Assembly: GCA_951406725.2 (NCBI GenBank)
Contig: OX597826.1
Location: 7,626,001-7,690,000 of the forward strand
Length of the DNA: 64,000 nucleotides
Source: Octopus vulgaris
Lineage: Eukaryota
Direction: 5' to 3'
Shown: positions 57,114-64,000 of the stretch, piece after piece
Numbering within the stretch: the first letter of the stretch is position 1
Layout of the letters: each line of letters starts with the position of its first letter
Program-made: the position numbers and the translations under genes
Notes under the pieces: generated by a model
What the model was told of the DNA's origin: nothing
Seen by the model: the letters and a program-made list of their open reading frames with translations, nothing else
Database searches by the model: none

Positions 57114-59245
57114 TTAGTTAGTTAGTTAGTTAATTTGGCTCAAAAGCAAATAGCAAGGCCATGTAGGGGGACATGGAGTTAAGTACAGGGTGGTGTTCAT
57201 GTAAAGAGTTCAGGCCACTTGAGGTCCAGGGAGGCTTTGAACAAAGCGGTCGTCGGCATCTTCACCATCTCGTCTGGCAGCTTGTTCCACGGATCCGCAA
57301 CCCGGACGGAGAAAGCTGCTCTCCTTCGATTGAGATGAAATCGTCGCAGGTAGAGCTTTTCGGAATGACCCCGCAGCCGACGCTCTGGGGCAGGAGTGAA
57401 GAACAGCTCTTTCGAGAGGTTACACTTTCCGCTTATGATGTTGTGGGCGAGAATGAGATCACCACGGCGGCGGCGTCTTTCAAGAGAATAAAGGTCGAGC
57501 GTCCTCAGCCTTTCTTCGTAGGACAAATTTTTGAGATCATGAACCATGCGGGTAGCCAGCTTCTGGACTCTTTCGAGATGGTGTATGTCTTTGGGGAGAT
57601 AAGGAGAAGAGGCTTGAATCCCATACTCCAATATGGGTCTCACCAGCGTGACATAGAGAGGTAGGAATATGGCTGCTGTGAGCATTCCGAATGACCGTCG
57701 AATCAAGAACAGAATTCCGCGTGCTTTGTTGGCAGCATGGACGCACTGGGCCGAAGGCGAAAAGGAGGAATCTACCAAGATACCCAGGTCCTTTACCTGA
57801 TCGGTCCTCTCCAGCAGCAGACGACTCGGCTCGAAATCAAGTTGAGTTGCAGGAGTAGAGCCGACAGGCAGATGACAGCACTTTGACACGTTCAGACACA
57901 GGTCCCAATCGTTAGACCACTTCCAAATTTGGTGGAGGCATCGACGAAGATCCTCTATATTACCGCGAGGAGCGACCAGTTTGATATCGTCGGCAAATAG
58001 AAGGGTGTGTTGCGTGAGGTAGTCGGGCAAGTCATTTATGAAGACTAAGAACAACAAGGGCCCAAGCACTGAACCTTGAGGCACGCCACTGCTCGCACTG
58101 AAGACGTCGGACCGCGAACCATTAACTTGGACTTGGAAGGAGCGATCTGAGAGGAAGGCACCAACCCATCGTACCATACCCGGATGGAAACTATATGCTT
58201 GAAGCTTGACAAGTAATAGGCGGTGGTTTACCGAGTCAAAAGCTTTGGCAAAGTCCAATAAAACGATGTCAACAGCATCACTATCATCGAGGATGCGCGT
58301 CACCAATTCTTCCATTACTAGTAAGTTGGTCAAGCATGATCTCTTCGGCACGAAGCCGTGTTGGGAATCAGAGATAGAGGCTGTGTTTAGGAGATGGAGC
58401 ATCATATTTTTCTTAAGGATGGTTTCGAACATCTTGCTGATTATTGATGTAAGGGAAACCGGTCGGTAGTTAAGCGGGTCTTCGCGGCTCCCTTTCTTGA
58501 AAATTGGGCAGATTATCGCTTTTCTCCAGTCTGCAGGTATAACACCCGTCGCCAATGACATATTGAATAGTCGTGTTAAGGGCTCGCAGATGACCGGAGC
58601 CAACGCTTTGATAACCCGTGGGTGTATGCCGTCAGGGCCGTGACCCTTGTTGACATCGAGGCCTTGAATAACACGTTTGACTTCGTCCAGCGTGATGACC
58701 AATCGAAGCATTGGAGGTACCGATCTATCAAATGGAGGGGGTTCACGACCATCATCTTGTTTGAAAATAGTTGAAAAAGCCTCGGCAAATAATTGACTCT
58801 GTTGATAAGGGTCCTCAATCGATACGCCTGTTGAGTCTACCAACGTTGCAATCTGGTTGTTCAAGCGGGAATTCCGCTGGACATGGGCAAAGAAGGTTTT
58901 TGGATTGCTACTGGCATTTGCCGCGATTTTGTATTCATAACTGAAGCGTTCTTTCTTTTCAATTTTCACGGCTCGGTCTCGTTGAGTTTTGTACACCTCA
59001 AAAGCTGCAGTCGAATCCAGATTTTTGAATTCAGCCCAAGCAATATCTCTGAGTCGACGTTCTCGTTTAACCTTCTTCGTCACCCAGGGCTTGTGTTTCT
59101 TCCTCTTGGGAAGCCCAACGGGAACTGCCTGGTCAGTCAAACAGATTACATATGCTTTGAGGGATGACCATAGTTCGTCAACTGAGGACAACGTCATCAG
59201 GGATCGCCAGTCCAGAAGCGCGGAAGCCTCGGTTAGAATTTCAAG
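57114..59245 (-). mobile_element. CR1/L2-group LINE, 5'-truncated, young
   Basis: 11-bp TSD ATAATAATAAG at 57103-57113 and 59246-59256; short 3' UTR with an (AACT)n tail; uninterrupted RT frame; GC much higher than the flanks. Confidence 0.93.
57197..59245 (-). CDS. Non-LTR reverse transcriptase (ORF2, endonuclease lost by 5' truncation)
   Basis: KGHGPDGIHPRV, PIFKKG..NYRPVSLTS, QHGF, DFAKAFDSV, GVPQGSVLGPLLF, LFADD, KDLGI, SYEERL..LERRRRRGDLI, RGHSEKL. The first about 11 codons of the 693-aa ORF come from the flank. Confidence 0.92.
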   Translation of the reverse strand, partial: LEILTEASALLDWRSLMTLSSVDELWSSLKAYVICLTDQAVPVGLPKRKKHKPWVTKKVKRERRLRDIAWAEFKNLDSTAAFEVYKTQRDRAVKIEKKERFSYEYKIAANASSNPKTFFAHVQRNSRLNNQIATLVDSTGVSIEDPYQQSQLFAEAFSTIFKQDDGREPPPFDRSVPPMLRLVITLDEVKRVIQGLDVNKGHGPDGIHPRVIKALAPVICEPLTRLFNMSLATGVIPADWRKAIICPIFKKGSREDPLNYRPVSLTSIISKMFETILKKNMMLHLLNTASISDSQHGFVPKRSCLTNLLVMEELVTRILDDSDAVDIVLLDFAKAFDSVNHRLLLVKLQAYSFHPGMVRWVGAFLSDRSFQVQVNGSRSDVFSASSGVPQGSVLGPLLFLVFINDLPDYLTQHTLLFADDIKLVAPRGNIEDLRRCLHQIWKWSNDWDLCLNVSKCCHLPVGSTPATQLDFEPSRLLLERTDQVKDLGILVDSSFSPSAQCVHAANKARGILFLIRRSFGMLTAAIFLPLYVTLVRPILEYGIQASSPYLPKDIHHLERVQKLATRMVHDLKNLSYEERLRTLDLYSLERRRRRGDLILAHNIISGKCNLSKELFFTPAPERRLRGHSEKLYLRRFHLNRRRAAFSVRVADPWNKLPDEMVKMPTTALFKASLDLKWPELFT

Positions 59246-59315
59246 ATAATAATAAGGTAAGAGACTGAAACGAACCAATTGGTTTTCGCGTTAGCTGTTC
59301 ATCGTTTGAATAACC

Positions 59316-59384
<69 letters not shown>

Positions 59385-60424
59385 ACATTTTTCGTCTGTT
59401 CGGGAACAGTTTGATACGTCTATGCATGTAAGGTGCACTAACCACCAGACTACTATTTCTCTTTATTTACTTTTTGGGATCCATGCTGTCTAAGCGTACA
59501 TCATTTAATACAAGATGGGCAATCATTCGGCAGGGTACTGGTGTTTATCTGTGGTAAACTGTATGGAAGTAATGTGGTGATAGTAAAGTATTAGAAACTC
59601 AAAATGATTATTGCAGATGCCAGACTGTGAGATGAAAATCGAGGAAAGAATCTGAAGTGGTTTTGTCAAAGTTCTAAAGTAGAAAACGAAGAAAAAACGC
59701 TGACGTATTTTACAGTTGTCGGTTTGGAGAAAAGGCACCCAGTTGCTCGAGTAACTGAATTATATGAACTATTCTTTGGATTAATGTGTAACTGTTTGAA
59801 TATTTCAGACACGTGTATCTTTAATGTATTTCTCAGACTGATTTAGCGTGAGCGTGAATGTGTTGTATCTGCACTTTCATTTCACAAGCGCAATTCACCC
59901 CGTTAGAGGTAAACTTTGAAGCAAAGTTGTCTACTGAATTTGAAGCCCTCGGTTGAACCGTATCTACACAAAATGAAACTTGGCCGAGATAACTCACAAT
60001 ATCGACTCTCTGGACACAAAGGGAATATTTTAATCATTCCACTACGATGCAATCAATATTGCAAATCTATATATGCAAACATGCATTTCTTTTTTGTACA
60101 AATCTGTAACAGTTAAACGCTTATAGTGCAAAAATATATATGGTTCTTTTACGTTTATAATGTAGTGGCACCTTCATAGTCTGGGAAGAAATTTTGAATA
60201 CATCTATTACAGCATTTATGAATTGAGAATATTTTGTGTACTAGAGTAGCGTTACTTGAACTAAGTTATAAAAAGAACGAGGAAGAAACAAATGTTAAAC
60301 CAATGTTGTTAAATGTCAAAAGAGTGTCTTAACTTTGTCGCGATAAGTAGCAGTAAGATCACCATCGAATCCCATTCTTATGCAGTGATTCCGGAGCTTT
60401 TCACTATTTCGCAAACGTTAAGTC

Positions 60425-61110
60425 GGCGAAAGGCCGGAATCATTAACACACCGGGCAAAATGCTTAGAGGTATTTCGTTTATCATTAGGTTTTGGGTTCA
60501 AGTTTCGCCGAGGTCGAGTTTGGTGGTTTTCATCCTCAGGGGGGTCAACGAAATAAGTACCAAATGAATACTGGGGTCGATGTAACCGACGTATCCCCAA
60601 CCTCAAAATTGCTGGCTTTGTGCCAAAATTTCAAATCAATATTTAGGATAGTTTTTACTTCAATAAATATTCTCACGGGCCTAAGTTTTTCGAAAAGTTT
60701 TTTATTCAATAAGCTCTTTGTCAGAAACTAACAACAAACTCGTTTCAATTGAAATATGTATGTAACCCAATGTAGGTTACAAATTTTGGCACAAGGCCAG
60801 CAATTTAGTGAGGTGGTAAGTCGATTACATCGACTCAATTGGTACTTATTACATCAATCCCGCAAGGATGAGAGGCAAAAACGCCGTCGGCGGAGTTTGA
60901 ACTAAAAACCTAATGACGGACAAAATAACGCTAAGCATCTGGCTCGGCGTGCAAATGATTTTTCCAGCTCGCCATATTATGTCTGTCTAATATTGTGTTT
61001 CATATATGGTCGATAAAATAAGCACCAGTTGTGCACCGGAGTCAATGCCATCGACCTACTCCAACCACACCCAAATTGCTGGCCTCGTGCCACAATTTGA
61101 AACCAATATT
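60425..61110. mobile_element. SINE family D cluster including an inverted pair
   Basis: + copy 60425-60640, - copy 60780-60975, partial + copy 61008-61110. Confidence 0.72.
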
Positions 61111-61499
61111 AGACAGCCATACATAATATTAATAAGAATTACTAGTGTACATATGACTTAGAAGATACTAGGGGAGTTATAATTATCTTTGCATATCATG
61201 GTTTCACTTCAATATTGGCCAGGGCATTCTTGATGTAAGTAATGCGTTAGAAATGAAATATGCAAATAGAAAAGTAGAAATGACTCATAGGAATGGAGCG
61301 GAATAGTCCAACTCGTCTTATTTCGCAGAGAGGAGGACCCCATTCGCCTTAAAAACCACGCAGAACGAAACTAAGTTGCGATCCTACCGAAAAGAAGGCA
61401 CAGTATTTAATATACATCTATAGTAAAAAGTAATGCAAAAGTATGTAGAATATACATACATATATGTATATATATATATAAATATATATATATAAATAT

Positions 61500-61558
<59 letters not shown>

Positions 61559-61758
61559 ATATATATATATACATACATATATATATATATGTATATGTAT
61601 ATATATTCTACCAATTATATACGTTTTTATTATATTTTGCAACTTATTAATCATTGGTATTTTGTTGTTATTCAAATTTTTATATTTCTATTATATGTAA
61701 TTTTCTAGGTGGTGTAATTTAATTGTTCATTTTGAATTGATAAAATGTGTTTATTTTC

Positions 61759-61813
<55 letters not shown>

Positions 61814-61929
61814 AACTATTGATGACGATGTTTATAATTATTTTCATTAATACACTCTGACACACAAATACATTCATACATATACACGATTGTATATGTA
61901 CGTACATACGCACGTGCAGACACACACAA

Positions 61930-62001
<72 letters not shown>

Positions 62002-62259
62002 ATATGTATGTATACATGTATATATAATATATGCAATATTTAAAGTAATATACTTATATATATTATATCTCAAATGTATCTATCTTTTTCTTAGTTCTCT
62101 TCCTTTATATACATGTGTGTGTGTGTGCGTGTGTGTATGCATATGTTTATATGTGTATATATATGCGTGTATGTGTGTGTAGAGAGAAAAAGAGAACAGG
62201 GCGAGAGAGTGTGTGTGAGAGAGAATGAGAAAGACGATGATAGAGATAGTGTGAAGTAG

Positions 62260-62342
<83 letters not shown>

Positions 62343-63239
62343 ACGAAAGAAAGAGAGAGTGTGTGAGTGTGGAAGAATATCATATCGTGAACGAACACAG
62401 CTTTAAATTACATAATTATTGCTTGATTCTGCAGATCTCTAATGTTTCCAACTTCCGAAGTTGTAACAGAGAATAGTAGATTTGATTGGAACCGCGATAA
62501 CTATACTCTAGTTGAATGGTATATAGTAGTTAGAAAATATCTGTGAATAGGGACGGTACAGGAAAACTATAACTTGATCACCTATGAAGTGATTAAAACT
62601 ATAATCTATTTTATGGATTTCTCCAAGAGATTAACGGAAGCAATCGTTAAATTTCTTGTCTACAAAACATCTTAATATATTAAGACACGAATCATTGAAT
62701 TAAATGGCCATTACATCATTAGATTTCTACCAAAATTTTTGACCAAAACAATGAATTTCCGGCTGGTAAAATCTTCACCGAAAATCTAAATTGCATCAAT
62801 TACTATAAGTCCAACCAATAAATGTATCCGAAAACGTCAACAATTACTTATAAAAGAGTTTGTACGTGTGCGGGGTGGAATTGGTTTACTAGTAAGATAA
62901 AATTTGAGTTCGATTTCAAACAGAAGATCATTTGTTTGGAATCAAGGCTATTGTTGTTATTGTTTCGTGTTTGCCGTTATTTTTGTTTTTGTTATTGTTG
63001 GTATTATTGTAGTAATTGTATTATTAAGGCGGTGTGCTAATAGAACTGCTGCTATGCCGGACAAAATGCTTAATGGAATTTTTTTCTGGCTTTTTATATC
63101 CATTCGGGATCGCTAAAATAAAATAAATCGAATACTGTGGTCGAGGTAATCGATTAACCTGCCACCCTAAAGTTGAGACCCTGGTGCCAAAATTTGAAAT
63201 CATTATTGATATTGTTATTATTATTATTGTTATTATTGT

Positions 63240-63770
63240 GCATGCCATCAAAGTGATACTGGGGTAAAATATACGAAGCCCAGTATACCCATCATGACTA
63301 CCTGCCTGATAAGGGTACACCAGGCACATGAATCACAACCATATGTGCGCGACATGGTGATCTCATATCAAGATAAACAGCACATGACCTTGCAGGTGGG
63401 GCCCAGTTAGAATTTTCTTCTGGTTGAATAGCCCATCCCACTCAAAAGGTCCCTGAATAAGTATTGTTTAAGGATGTTGAACAAACCACCCAGGTTTCCA
63501 AAGGAGAATTATCCGAACCCCAAAAAATTCCTTTCAACAAATGGCTATGATGCTCCCCCACTACTTTTGCTTGTGATCAGAGATGCACATATCGTCAGCC
63601 ACTAAGGGACATGTTCAACTGGTTAAGGTCAAACAACTGACTAGCAAATCTGTGGTATTGAGCAGAATATTTGCTGTAGCCCATCTTTTATACCAAGACA
63701 AAACAATGTACATGATAACACTTCCAATCAGTTAAGATGAGAAGCCATGAGAGCCACTGTCTGGTACTGT
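63240..63770. mobile_element. Unclassified about 530-bp interspersed-repeat-like insert in a (TTA)n tract
   Basis: GC-richer block with sharp boundaries and (TTA)n-type sequence on both sides; no ORF; no second copy in the window. Confidence 0.4.
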
Positions 63771-63771
63771 A

Positions 63772-63817
<46 letters not shown>

Positions 63818-64000
63818 TTCATTTCATTTCTGAGTGATTTTGATTTCGTTTGCTCTGGCTAATTCTGAAGAGCGGACAGCGACCTGTAGTCAAATATCTC
63901 AAAGGATCATTTTGCGCGGTACTGAACATGTTCTACCCCTATGTCAATCCCAATGTTTCCTACAAATTTCTCAAATCTAGTTGTGATGCTCACAGCGCCT

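Noticed and set aside
57112-57132. (TTAG)n resembling a telomeric repeat
   Set aside because: It is the (AACT)n 3' tail of the CR1 element inside the TSD, not TTAGG/TTAGGG.
57173-59249. Plus-strand ORFs overlapping the RT (57173-57664, 58206-58469, 58883-59167, 58989-59249)
   Set aside because: Antisense shadows of the GC-richer LINE ORF with no recognisable motifs.

Overview
AT-rich, microsatellite-saturated eukaryotic DNA, either intergenic or deep intronic, with no host protein-coding exon that I can support. The repeat landscape (dense tRNA-derived SINEs, (TA)n/(TAA)n arrays, Penelope, RTE, CR1, R4/Dong and Tx1 fragments) looks like a coleoid cephalopod, probably Octopus; this is inference. 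Nearly all ORFs in the track are microsatellite artefacts. Real coding remnants are all from transposons: a full-length dead mariner (79-1352), an uninterrupted 5'-truncated CR1-type RT with an 11-bp TSD (57114-59245), two Penelope-like element (PLE) fragments (GIY-YIG 42660-43133; RT/thumb about 47900-49540), R4/Dong, RTE and Tx1 3' ends, and several MITEs. The most notable signal is not in the ORF track. About ten short non-coding inserts, mostly embedded in (TA)n arrays, carry hammerhead-ribozyme (HHR) motifs of the PLE/retrozyme type. They include a fully canonical type I motif (31221-31320), a palindromic two-strand motif (16693-16925), a U3-A8 covariant (41963-42004), a multi-copy A6U variant family and a possible type II permutation. 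Fold-back palindromes and a SINE head with four exchangeable tails are also seen.
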